Part shown: positions 17,631-27,442 of the stretch, one piece after another
Layout of the letters: every line of letters begins with the position of its first letter
How positions within the stretch are numbered: the first letter of the stretch is position 1
IMG/VR virus record: IMGVR_UViG_3300028920_000001
Location: 1-64,000 of that record
Length of the DNA: 64,000 nt
From: a virus
Reading direction: 5' to 3' (one strand)
The notes under the pieces: generated by a model
Seen by the model: only the letters and a program-made list of their open reading frames with translations
Told to the model about the DNA's origin: nothing
Databases searched by the model: none
Position numbers and translations under genes: made by a program

Positions 17631-20600
17631 ATGGTCCGCCCTCGTAAAGCACAGATTAAGAATAGTCAAACTCGTCATAGTTTGTTTAAATATGACGTTC
17701 CAATTACCAATCATCCAACTAGTCCGACTGGTATAACATCAACTAATATAACAGCAGCAGTTATGAATGCTGCTATTGTTACTGATACTCCTGAAGGTGC
17801 ACAAGAAGATGTACCAGCCCGACTTGTTTCTACTTTATCTGAGCCCTACTCTGTTATTGGAGGTGAAGCTTTTACTATTAGAGCAGATGAAAGTTTTGCT
17901 CTTACTACTGTTACTTTATCTAATTCTGATACCACAGCTTCTCGAATTGCTAATACGATTAATACGGCAGTCGGTCAGACTATTGCATCTAACTATAAAG
18001 GAAAATTAGTCATTGAATCCTTTGCCGCTGGAAGTGATGGTTTGCTTGAAATCGCAGATTCTATAGCTGGTACTCTTGCCACTCTAGGATTAACTGCTGG
18101 TACCTATTTAGGATTAGATGCCGGAACTCGAGGTGTAGTTACTAGATCAATAGATGGAAAAGGAGGCTGGGTTCCATTAGAGACCCCTAGTGGTAAGGAT
18201 TTACTTACTGATTGTCCTTCTATTATTTATTATAGTCGACGAACAACAACTGGAGGATCATATATACCATATGTTCCATCAGGGCTGCCTGTTCATGGTC
18301 GGCTTACCTGGGATGGTTCTCAGTATGTTTTAACATATCATACTCAAATTAACTCATTTCCTGAAGTTATTACCTTCAATAGTGACTTTAATGCACTCAA
18401 TTCTTTAGATAATTTTGATCTCGATTTTAATTTCTTAGAACTCAATGATAAAGATGATGTTAGTGTAAATATTAATTTTACTGGTTCCCATACTCGAGAT
18501 GAAGTTATAGATATTATTAATTCTGCAGTTGCAACAGCTCTTTCATTTACTACTCCTGTTTGTGGTCCTGCTACTATTCGTAGCACTATGAGTCAGCCTT
18601 TTTCGTTTTATGGTGATGATGTATTATGTTTTGAAATTGATGGGGGTTCAGTTCAAACTACTACTCTAACTCTTTCACATGTTACAGCTCAAAATGTAGT
18701 TGATAAAATTAATTCTGATATTACAGGAGTAACTGCTTCTGTAATATCTATTGGTAATAAGAAATTAGTTCAAATAATCAGTGATAACATTAATGGTTAC
18801 AGTTCTTCTATTAATATTTATGATGCTGCATCTACTGGTTCTTCTAGAAACAAAGCTACCGAAAGGCTTGGGATATCACAAGGTGTGTATCGTGGTACCT
18901 TTGTGGCTGAACCTTATGGAACTAATGAAATTAGAATTCGTGGTTTAGTTCGTGGATCTGCTGGTTATATTACTATTGGAGGAAATGCTGGTACACTTGT
19001 TAAATTAGGGCTTATTGCTGGTACTTATACTGGATCTGATGAATTAATTGAAGAAGAGGTTGATTTACCGCAACAGACATCTAATTCTGTAAATACTGAT
19101 GCCGAAATTAGAGCATTGATTCCTGAAGTAATGGAATTTGGTGAGGTTTATCCTGCTGTTCATTCAGTTAATGAACAGTTTGATTCTCGAGTTGCTGGTT
19201 CTTCTGAGCTTCATTATAATTATAGTGAATTTGCCCCTCATCGAGATATCGTAGAAAAAGGAACACGAGGAGCAGGACGACCAGTAATTACAAATGGGTT
19301 AGGGCTCATTGATCGTTCATTTCTTACTCTAATTTTAAGTGAATTTTATAATTTAATCGGTCAATTTGTTAGTGGAACTAAGGATCCAGATTATACTTTA
19401 GTTGAAGCGTTGGTTGCCAATACAATTCAAACTCCTGGCTCCGAGGGAAATCCACTACCATCTAGTAGTAATTTTCATTTTGAAATTGATCCGGATGGAA
19501 TTTATTCAACTCCATCATTTTTTATCAGATTTTCTGGTTCTTCTGAACCATTTGAAGTACGAAAAGATACTGCGTATCCTTCGGAAAACACTTGGAAAGT
19601 TCGCATTGGAGAGAATGGGGAACCAGGAGTTTTATACGATCAATACGATGCCTTAAAATTTAGAGATATCAATACTATTGCTTCTGGAGATAATACAGGA
19701 GGATATCATTATCTTCCATTAACTGGGCCCGATGCTCATTATGTGCGTTTGCTCGAGCAAGAAGTACAAAATACTGGTGACGAATCTATAATTAAGTCAA
19801 TCAATTCTAAATGGACTGTTACTGTCGGTGATGGCACTAAGACTTTTGGTGATTTTAATGGTGATACTGCTATTCAAGATGCAATTGATTATTTTGTAGC
19901 TAATGTAACTGGAGTAGGTGATTTAACTATTCAAGTTAAAACAGGAATATATGAAGCTGCTGTGGATATGAGTTCTCTCCCCGGTAGTTTTGTTTTGACT
20001 ATTCAAGGTTCGTCTGGTCAGGCTACTGCTATATCATTTAATACTATAGCAATTAAAGTAGGGGTGAGTGCTGATACTTTTGCTTTCCAAAAATTAATAC
20101 TTAAAGATATTGCTGTTAGTTCCAATACCTCTGCTGCTACTGTAATTCAAGTTAATAATGGGTGTACACTTGAATGTTATAGATGCAAATTTGATACGTC
20201 AGTTGTTTTTAGAAATGCTGACGCAGCTGTTTTTGAGAATTGTATTTTAAATTATAGTAACGTAGCTCCTCAGCCTAGAATTAGTTTCTTATATAAGGGA
20301 GGTGCTTCTACCTATGAAGATTTCATTTTTAGACATTGTGAATTAAGTGCAGATCATGAAAATCCACTGATTTTTGTTCAAGCACAAAATACTAGCACTG
20401 CTTCTTTAATTAGAAGAATCGTACTACAAGATTGCAAGGTTACTTTAGGTGGAACTACTGTTAATTCAGCTATTCTTGACAGCAATTCCGGGATCATAGA
20501 TTTAGACCCTAATGGTGCCGATGCTGCATCAAATCAGGGAATACGAATCAGTAATTTTGATTTAATTGATTGTGATGTTTCGTTTAGAAGTGTTAGTTCC

Positions 20601-21905
20601 TTTAATAGTCATCTGGTGATATTTTGTGTTCCTGATGGAATTACTGGTTCAGGTTCTTTAGCCATTGATAATATGAATATAGTTCGGAATGAATGGCATT
20701 TACCTGAACCAGACACATATATTAATCCAATTACAATTTATGGAATTGGGGACTATTTTCTACAAAATGGACCGAAGGGATTAAGTATTGATGGATTGAA
20801 AGTTACTTGTCCCAATAGTGCTGTAAGGACTGTCGGGGGTCTTGGTGTATCACAACATGAAACTTGGTTTGGAGACGATATTCAAGGATCTGGTAAAGGT
20901 GGATTAGTATCTTTAGGTTGTGGTAGAACAACTGTCAAATCTTACATGAAGATTAAAGATCTTGAGATGATAAATTTGACCAATTCTCTTGGGATTGGTG
21001 ATGTATTTATTAAATGGCAAAATAATCTAATCATTGATGGGATTGTTCTCAATTACTTATACGCTGGATCTGGTTCAAGCGCAACCAATAGAATAAGATT
21101 CAGATCACCGCTGGGAGGAACAGCTAGAATAAATAAAATTATAGTTAATGGTAATAATGTTGCGAGTGGAACAAGCGCAATAATTGGATTTGAACCATGG
21201 GCTCCTTCGAGTTCAGAGGATGATCATTCAATTATTTTTTCTAATTGTGAAATTTCAAATACAATATCATCATCAACTGGAGTGCAATTATTAATATCCC
21301 CGGGTTATACCGGTGCTCCGTCACATGTTGTTGGTTTTAGGATGACCAACTGTTCGATAAGGAATACTGGTGGAGGTGGATGCACTTGTAGTACAATTAC
21401 TCCTGGTGTCATACTTCAATCCATTTCAATAGATAATAACACGATAATAAATTGTGGTTCTGCAGGAATAGATTTTGGAGGACTTGACTATGAGTCCATT
21501 TTGATATCGAATAATATCATTAGAGATTGTACTAGCTATGGCATTATCTTTACAGATTTAAATGTAGGTGTCGTTTCTGGTAGCCCTTCTATTATTGGAA
21601 ATCATTGTTCTTATAATAATGGTTCCGTTACAGCAGTTCAAATTCGTTTTCTTTTAGGGGATGGGGCGTCTGTTATCCCTAAGGGAATAATCCAAGGAAA
21701 TAACTGTGGCGGCCTAAGCACCAGTATTGGAGACATTCAGGTTAATCAAAGAAGTGGATCCTCCAATATTGCATTATCTGGAACAGCTCTTATTGGAGCC
21801 TATACTGCTGGTATTGAGACAGGAATTGACACTCTTCCTAGAACACTTGAATATACTACTAATAATTATATGTTACAAAATCGAGCTAATTTGGTTACTC
21901 CGTAA
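17631..21905 (+). CDS. Tailspike-like protein with parallel beta-helix-type C-terminal region (copy 1)
   Basis: 1424 aa, N-terminus MVRPRKAQ. The C-terminal half has periodic rung-like motifs: FENCILNYS, FRHCELSAD, LQDCKVTLGG, LIDCDVSF, SNCEISNT, TNCSIRNTG, ISNNIIRDCT and IIGNHCSYNNG. Confidence 0.65.
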   Translation: MVRPRKAQIKNSQTRHSLFKYDVPITNHPTSPTGITSTNITAAVMNAAIVTDTPEGAQEDVPARLVSTLSEPYSVIGGEAFTIRADESFALTTVTLSNSDTTASRIANTINTAVGQTIASNYKGKLVIESFAAGSDGLLEIADSIAGTLATLGLTAGTYLGLDAGTRGVVTRSIDGKGGWVPLETPSGKDLLTDCPSIIYYSRRTTTGGSYIPYVPSGLPVHGRLTWDGSQYVLTYHTQINSFPEVITFNSDFNALNSLDNFDLDFNFLELNDKDDVSVNINFTGSHTRDEVIDIINSAVATALSFTTPVCGPATIRSTMSQPFSFYGDDVLCFEIDGGSVQTTTLTLSHVTAQNVVDKINSDITGVTASVISIGNKKLVQIISDNINGYSSSINIYDAASTGSSRNKATERLGISQGVYRGTFVAEPYGTNEIRIRGLVRGSAGYITIGGNAGTLVKLGLIAGTYTGSDELIEEEVDLPQQTSNSVNTDAEIRALIPEVMEFGEVYPAVHSVNEQFDSRVAGSSELHYNYSEFAPHRDIVEKGTRGAGRPVITNGLGLIDRSFLTLILSEFYNLIGQFVSGTKDPDYTLVEALVANTIQTPGSEGNPLPSSSNFHFEIDPDGIYSTPSFFIRFSGSSEPFEVRKDTAYPSENTWKVRIGENGEPGVLYDQYDALKFRDINTIASGDNTGGYHYLPLTGPDAHYVRLLEQEVQNTGDESIIKSINSKWTVTVGDGTKTFGDFNGDTAIQDAIDYFVANVTGVGDLTIQVKTGIYEAAVDMSSLPGSFVLTIQGSSGQATAISFNTIAIKVGVSADTFAFQKLILKDIAVSSNTSAATVIQVNNGCTLECYRCKFDTSVVFRNADAAVFENCILNYSNVAPQPRISFLYKGGASTYEDFIFRHCELSADHENPLIFVQAQNTSTASLIRRIVLQDCKVTLGGTTVNSAILDSNSGIIDLDPNGADAASNQGIRISNFDLIDCDVSFRSVSSFNSHLVIFCVPDGITGSGSLAIDNMNIVRNEWHLPEPDTYINPITIYGIGDYFLQNGPKGLSIDGLKVTCPNSAVRTVGGLGVSQHETWFGDDIQGSGKGGLVSLGCGRTTVKSYMKIKDLEMINLTNSLGIGDVFIKWQNNLIIDGIVLNYLYAGSGSSATNRIRFRSPLGGTARINKIIVNGNNVASGTSAIIGFEPWAPSSSEDDHSIIFSNCEISNTISSSTGVQLLISPGYTGAPSHVVGFRMTNCSIRNTGGGGCTCSTITPGVILQSISIDNNTIINCGSAGIDFGGLDYESILISNNIIRDCTSYGIIFTDLNVGVVSGSPSIIGNHCSYNNGSVTAVQIRFLLGDGASVIPKGIIQGNNCGGLSTSIGDIQVNQRSGSSNIALSGTALIGAYTAGIETGIDTLPRTLEYTTNNYMLQNRANLVTP

Positions 21906-21947
21906 TTTCTGGAAGTTTATTGGGGTAGATCCAGGTAGGATAAGACT

Positions 21948-24900
21948 ATGGTTCGTCCCCGTAAAGAACAAGTAAGAAGCCGTCGGACTCATTATTCTAC
22001 AATGCCGCTTGCTGTAGTTGAGGGTACGGCATCACAGAATATATCTTCAGCTTCTCTTTACACTTATACTGTTTCCGACTCTTGGGATGGGGCTGAAGAA
22101 GATATTGGTGCGACTTTACGAGGGAGTATTGCTGAACCTTTTTCAATCATTTTAGGTGATGCCCTTATTTTAACTATTGATGGAACTGCTCATATCATCA
22201 CTTTTGCAACTGGTGATACTACTATATCTAAAGTTACGAATAAAATTAATACGGTTGTTGGGGCTACCGTAGCTTTCAATGATGAAGGATACTTATTTAT
22301 TAGGAGCACGACGGTTGGATCTAGTAGTACTATTTCATATTCTGGGTCAGCAGCCGCTAAAGTCGGGTTTACATCTACGTCTTTGATCAAAAATGGAATT
22401 GATGGTCCAGCTCGAGGAATACTAGGTAGATCATCTGATCAATTTAACCGAGGTGGCATAGTACCAATTAAGACTAAAGATGGGAAGAATGTAGTTACTG
22501 ATTGTTCAGGAGTGAGAGTCATTCATGAATTGAGTACTGATGGGCAATATCAACCTCTTATTCCTGGTGGGATTCCGATCTATGGGCGACTTCAATCTCC
22601 TGTCGATGGAACTAATTTTACTATAAAATGGTATGCCAAATTACCTGAATATGCTGAAGTTATAACTTCAAATAGTGACTTTGGATTATTAGATGGAACT
22701 AACTATTTGACTATGTACGTAAGTTATATTGATACTGATGGAAATGATCAAGCTCTTCTAGTTTCCTCTTCTTTTTCGGGTGGTCCTGGATATACTCGTG
22801 ATCAAGTAATTGGAATAATCAATAATAATTATGCCACTGCTGCTTCAGTCTCTAGTAAGGCATATATTGAGTCTAATACCGCTAATCAACCCTATGCTGT
22901 TTCTGGTGAGCAGATTTATATTGAACATTCAGGTGGATCTGCCACTATAACATTTGCGCCGACAGATATAACTGCTGATTTAGTACGAGATAAAATTAAT
23001 GCAAGTCTAGCAGGTGTTGCCACCAGCTTCACTTCTGGAAATAAAAAATTACTTCAATTAAGTGATCCAAGTGGTGGATTTAATGGATACTTAATAATTA
23101 AAAATGTCAGCAACAAAGTCAATACTTTAGGTAAATTAGGGTTTAGCCCAGGTACATACTATCCACCAAAACTTGCTGAACCATATGGCGATTCGGAAAT
23201 CAAAATCCGAAGTTTTATTCGTGGATCTGCAGGGTTCCTAACTATCAGTGGTGATCCAACTTCCCTTGGTAGGTTAGGACTCACTTCAGGAACTTTCTAC
23301 GGTGATAATAATGCTGAAACGTCTGTTAATTTCCCTAGTTTAGAAGAAGTAACTAATTCTAATGATATTAATATTTTGATTCCTGAAGTATTGGAATTTG
23401 GTGACGTTCCGGCTGATACTCATTCTAAAACAAGAGAATATGCAATTAAGTCCGCTGGTTCTAATTATACTCCTCAGTATAGATATGATTTAAGTAATCG
23501 TCAATTTATGGTTCCTAACGACGGAACATTTAATAAATCCGAATTATTGAAAGATATTGGTAAGCCAGTTGTTCTTAATGGGTTCGGTTTTATTGATAGA
23601 AAATATCTTCGTGAAGCTATAGATGAATCATACTTATACTTTAAGCAATTCATTCGAGGAGATTTTGATCCGGATGATCCTCAAGTTGATGCATTAGTTG
23701 CTGGTATAATTGAAACCACTGGGACTAATGGTAATCCGCTTTCGCTTGGTACAAATCTTTATATTGATATTGACCCAACAGCTGCTTCTTCTAGTTCAGG
23801 ATTTAGAGTTAGATTTAATCGAGATGCTGTTTCTAAAAGAATTTTTGAAGTCTTTAAAGACAGTACTTTCCCAACTGAACGTGACTATGTTATTGATATA
23901 GGAGACGCTAGTGCTCCCACAGTCATACGAAATCAATATCAAGATCTAAGATTAGAAGATAATTATACTAATATTGCTGGTACCGCTACAGGTGGTATTC
24001 ATTATGTTGCATTAGCTGGTATAAGTGATACTTATCTAAAAGTAATGGAGCAAAGAGCGAATCCGGGTGGTTCGCAAGCTATATCTGATATTAATTTAAT
24101 TAAACAAATTAATGGACGATGGGTGACGACTATTGGTGATGGTACTAATAGTCGTGGTGATTTTAATGGAGCTGATGCAATCAAAGATGCAATAGATTAT
24201 TATATAGCTAATATCAATGATGATAATTTACTTCTTCAAGTTAAGGCGGGTACTTACAATACAACTGCTTCTATTGATTTTAGTCAAACTTCAGGTGCCG
24301 ATGTTAGTTTATGTGTAACAATTGAAGGGATTGAGAATGGCATAAGCATCATTTCTGGTATTACACACTTGTTTGAATTCGGTGGCACTACCAGTAGTTA
24401 TTCTGCCAGAAAATTAGTTTTAAGAAATCTCAAGATTTCTTCTACTACAGGCGGTGATCTTCTTTATTCATATGGTTCTTCTTTAGAAGCTTATAGAGTG
24501 GAATTTGTTGGAGTTAAATTTACAGCTAATGAAGGACGGGTTACGCTATTTGATAATTGTGAAATTACTGCTTACACAGCAGACGGGATTTACGAAAGCT
24601 TCATGAGATCATTAGGGGGCAGTGGAAATAATACAGAAGCTATCATATTTCGAAATTCAAAAATTTATGGTTCAAATGAACATCCAATTATTAAGATTCG
24701 TAATCATGTTTCATCAACTTCTGCTCCTATGTCTGAAGTTGAATTGATTGAATTTGATAACTGTGAAATCAGACTTGGCGGTACTTCCATTACTGCAAGT
24801 TCACTTGATGCTAATTCTGGAATTTTAGAAGTGGATCCAAATTCAGTAAATGGAGCATCTACCTTAGGTACTAGAATTTCAAATGTTAGAATAATTGACT

Positions 24901-26342
24901 GCAATGTGTCTATATATACAGGTGGCTATAGTCCCAGCGGCTCGCTTGGGATGCTGTTTATGTTTCATATTCCATCTGGTCGCACTGGAACAGCAGGTTC
25001 CCATTATCTGCCTGTTGATAGTATGCTGATCAAAGGAGGCAGATGGATAATCCCTGACGCAGATAATGCTATTAATCCACTTACTATTTTTGGAATCGGA
25101 GATACAGTTTCTACGCAAATCTCAAATAAACCAGGATTAGTGATAGATAGTGTTACCATGGGGTGGGAGCCATCTACTTCGACATCACGAGATAGTGTTG
25201 GTGATGTAGTAACTCAACAATATCCTTGGTTTGGAGCCACACCGAATATTTATCAAGCTATATGGGGCGCTTTTGCAATTGGGTCTAATAATAATATCAA
25301 AATCAAAGATTGGACCTTAATTAGTTTGCTTGATTCACAAGAATGTGGAGATGTTTTCATATACTGGAGATATAAATTACTTATCGATGGTATCCATCTT
25401 CAGTATCAAGATGGAGCCGCTACAGCTAATTACCCGGTCCAAAGAATACGACTGAGATCTCCTCAAGCAGGAACTACAGAAATTAATAGAATAGTAGTAG
25501 ACGGTGGTGGTTATGCTAGAGCAACCACTGCAATTGTTCTTTTAGAACCCTATAGTACTGGTGATGTTGCAGCTAATGCTAGTTCTGTAAATTTTAGAAA
25601 TTGTCAGATTTGTAATACTCTTGATGGAACTGGTATTTATTTATTACAGTCAAGTGGAACTAATAATTTATATACTGATTCTGGTGGTGATGGAACCGGA
25701 TCTCAACAAGATTTTGAAAATTTAACTGTTGAGAATTGTGTATTTAAGAGTTTAACAAGTGGATATGGAATTTATTTTTCAACAATCTATGATGATCAAT
25801 ATCTTAGAAATTGTGTGTTTAACGGAAATAGGATGATATCTTGTGAAGATGGTGGAATCTATATAGAAGGTCACCAATTCCCTCAACTTCAAATCATCAA
25901 CAATTATATTAATAGATGTGGACTAACTGCGGTAAGAGCTGGGATTTACATACAAGATAACTTAGATGCCGGGGCTTCAAATTGGTTCATGGTTTCTAAT
26001 AATACAGTATTTGATAATAAGAATGTTGGTGCAGCATCGGATCAAATCCACGTTTATCTTACTCAAGCTACACCTGGAGCGGGAAAATTCCCAAAGGGCA
26101 TTATAATGGGCAATACATGTCAGGGCTTAAGTTTAGTTGGTTATATTAGAATTAATAGAAGAGACGTGGCGGGTGCTTCAGTTGCTTTAGATGCAGCCGG
26201 CGGATCTCCAATAGCTAGTGGTACATATACATTTGGTATATATACTGGTGTTGATAATAACACCGCCAACAGCCCTCTTTATTATCAATATGCAACTATG
26301 GCTCAAATGGATATGAATGTAGCGTATCTAGCAAGTCCATAA
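21948..26342 (+). CDS. Tailspike-like protein with parallel beta-helix-type C-terminal region (copy 2)
   Basis: 1464 aa, N-terminus MVRPRKEQ. It shares conserved blocks with copy 1 (AEPYGxxEIxIR, LIPEVxEFG, GDFNGxxAIxDAIDY). Its own rung motifs are FDNCEITAY, FDNCEIRLGG, IIDCNVSIY, FRNCQICNT, VENCVFKSL and IINNYINRCG. Confidence 0.65.
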   Translation: MVRPRKEQVRSRRTHYSTMPLAVVEGTASQNISSASLYTYTVSDSWDGAEEDIGATLRGSIAEPFSIILGDALILTIDGTAHIITFATGDTTISKVTNKINTVVGATVAFNDEGYLFIRSTTVGSSSTISYSGSAAAKVGFTSTSLIKNGIDGPARGILGRSSDQFNRGGIVPIKTKDGKNVVTDCSGVRVIHELSTDGQYQPLIPGGIPIYGRLQSPVDGTNFTIKWYAKLPEYAEVITSNSDFGLLDGTNYLTMYVSYIDTDGNDQALLVSSSFSGGPGYTRDQVIGIINNNYATAASVSSKAYIESNTANQPYAVSGEQIYIEHSGGSATITFAPTDITADLVRDKINASLAGVATSFTSGNKKLLQLSDPSGGFNGYLIIKNVSNKVNTLGKLGFSPGTYYPPKLAEPYGDSEIKIRSFIRGSAGFLTISGDPTSLGRLGLTSGTFYGDNNAETSVNFPSLEEVTNSNDINILIPEVLEFGDVPADTHSKTREYAIKSAGSNYTPQYRYDLSNRQFMVPNDGTFNKSELLKDIGKPVVLNGFGFIDRKYLREAIDESYLYFKQFIRGDFDPDDPQVDALVAGIIETTGTNGNPLSLGTNLYIDIDPTAASSSSGFRVRFNRDAVSKRIFEVFKDSTFPTERDYVIDIGDASAPTVIRNQYQDLRLEDNYTNIAGTATGGIHYVALAGISDTYLKVMEQRANPGGSQAISDINLIKQINGRWVTTIGDGTNSRGDFNGADAIKDAIDYYIANINDDNLLLQVKAGTYNTTASIDFSQTSGADVSLCVTIEGIENGISIISGITHLFEFGGTTSSYSARKLVLRNLKISSTTGGDLLYSYGSSLEAYRVEFVGVKFTANEGRVTLFDNCEITAYTADGIYESFMRSLGGSGNNTEAIIFRNSKIYGSNEHPIIKIRNHVSSTSAPMSEVELIEFDNCEIRLGGTSITASSLDANSGILEVDPNSVNGASTLGTRISNVRIIDCNVSIYTGGYSPSGSLGMLFMFHIPSGRTGTAGSHYLPVDSMLIKGGRWIIPDADNAINPLTIFGIGDTVSTQISNKPGLVIDSVTMGWEPSTSTSRDSVGDVVTQQYPWFGATPNIYQAIWGAFAIGSNNNIKIKDWTLISLLDSQECGDVFIYWRYKLLIDGIHLQYQDGAATANYPVQRIRLRSPQAGTTEINRIVVDGGGYARATTAIVLLEPYSTGDVAANASSVNFRNCQICNTLDGTGIYLLQSSGTNNLYTDSGGDGTGSQQDFENLTVENCVFKSLTSGYGIYFSTIYDDQYLRNCVFNGNRMISCEDGGIYIEGHQFPQLQIINNYINRCGLTAVRAGIYIQDNLDAGASNWFMVSNNTVFDNKNVGAASDQIHVYLTQATPGAGKFPKGIIMGNTCQGLSLVGYIRINRRDVAGASVALDAAGGSPIASGTYTFGIYTGVDNNTANSPLYYQYATMAQMDMNVAYLASP

Positions 26343-26360
26343 AGTTCGTAAAGTAAAATA

Positions 26361-26864
26361 ATGAAATTTCTAAAATTCATCTGGAAATATATCAAAGCGG
26401 TTGGTAAAACAATCGGGAAATGGATGCTTCGGTATCCATTAGCGGCGGCAGCGGCTGTTTTTCTTATTGTTTTTGCGTTGTTTGTAGCCCTCTCCGGTAA
26501 TCAGCTTCAAATGGGCGGGCTGATTGGAAAACTTTTTGGAAAGAAGAAACAGCCTAATACTCGAGATGTTCCGCCTGAAAAACGGACTGACGAAAATGGA
26601 AAACCAATTACGCCTGGTGAATCTGATGACAAAGGATTTGTTCAAACATCTACTAATTTAGAAATTGTAGAACCAACCATTTTCTCTGATCCTGATACGA
26701 TTATAGTGAAACATCCTGAAAAAGGGAAAATTAAAATCGATTTACCCCAAGGAGTAAAAAATAAAGATGTGAAAGAAGTAGTGTTAGTTAAGCCTAATGT
26801 GATAGAAATTAAGAATAATGATAAAGGTGTGGACACTAAGAAAATCCTGGAGTTCTTACAATGA
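26361..26864 (+). CDS. Membrane-anchored protein (single N-terminal TM helix)
   Basis: Basic N-terminus followed by LRYPLAAAAAVFLIVFALFVALSG, then a charged soluble domain. Confidence 0.6.
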   Translation: MKFLKFIWKYIKAVGKTIGKWMLRYPLAAAAAVFLIVFALFVALSGNQLQMGGLIGKLFGKKKQPNTRDVPPEKRTDENGKPITPGESDDKGFVQTSTNLEIVEPTIFSDPDTIIVKHPEKGKIKIDLPQGVKNKDVKEVVLVKPNVIEIKNNDKGVDTKKILEFLQ

Positions 26865-27442
26865 TTCCTTTAATTTTAGCTCAAATGTGTGAATGCCCGC
26901 CAGATGGTGTGTGCTTAAATAAAGAACAAAAAGAACAAGTTACCGCTGCAGTGAAAGAGTTTGATGACATCAAGAGCTCCAAAGCAGAAATTGAAGTTGT
27001 AGAACCTATTGTTATTATTCGTGATTGGGAAAATCGAATTTATATTAATGGTGGTGAGAAAAAACCGATCAAACTCAAATTAAAAATTGGTAAAACAATT
27101 GATCGGGATATGGAGATGACTTTGCCGATCGAGGTCGGGTATCGGGAAGAGCCGCCGGACCCGATGTTTAGATTACGAATTCGAGCTCAGGCCGGGTTTT
27201 TAATACCTGAAGTTATTCAGACTATTCAAGGACAACATGAAAATTTCTGGGATGCATCTATTGGTTTTGATTTCTTCCATTTAAGCTGGTTTAATTTCTC
27301 TATTTATGCTGGAGTTAGAAGTGTTGGGGTTGGACCGGGGATCGATGTGACTAAGAATTTCGGATTATATTCATCATTTGCATTTGTATACGAAACTATT
27401 CGAATTTCGAATAGTACAGGTGTTTATTTTAGTTTTAATTAA
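26861..27442 (+). CDS. Hypothetical protein with beta-barrel-like C-terminal half
   Basis: Start overlaps the upstream stop. The N-terminus has Cys10 and Cys12. The C-terminal half has alternating hydrophobic strands (FRLRIRAQAGF, IGFDFFHL, FNFSIYAGV, YSSFAFVY) and ends GVYFSFN. Confidence 0.5.
   Translation: MIPLILAQMCECPPDGVCLNKEQKEQVTAAVKEFDDIKSSKAEIEVVEPIVIIRDWENRIYINGGEKKPIKLKLKIGKTIDRDMEMTLPIEVGYREEPPDPMFRLRIRAQAGFLIPEVIQTIQGQHENFWDASIGFDFFHLSWFNFSIYAGVRSVGVGPGIDVTKNFGLYSSFAFVYETIRISNSTGVYFSFN
27396..27414. repeat. 19-bp perfect palindrome at the convergence of the + structural operon and the - strand LAGLIDADG gene
   Basis: ctattcgaatttcgaatag is followed by tgtttattttagtttt. It could act as a bidirectional terminator or as a protein binding site. 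Confidence 0.5.

Noticed and set aside
17767-23901. Leu-rich alternate-frame ORFs within the tailspike genes (17767..18009, 19402..19656, 21727..21975 and 23710..23901), plus 5832..6080 within the repeat ORF.
   Set aside because: They are short, compositionally biased and nested in long ORFs with paralog support. No independent start signals were seen.
17631-26342. Diversity-generating retroelement, shufflon or invertible segment acting on the tailspike paralogs.
   Set aside because: No reverse transcriptase, invertase or recombinase gene was recognised in the window. I found no template-like repeat of a tailspike 3' end and no flanking inverted repeats.
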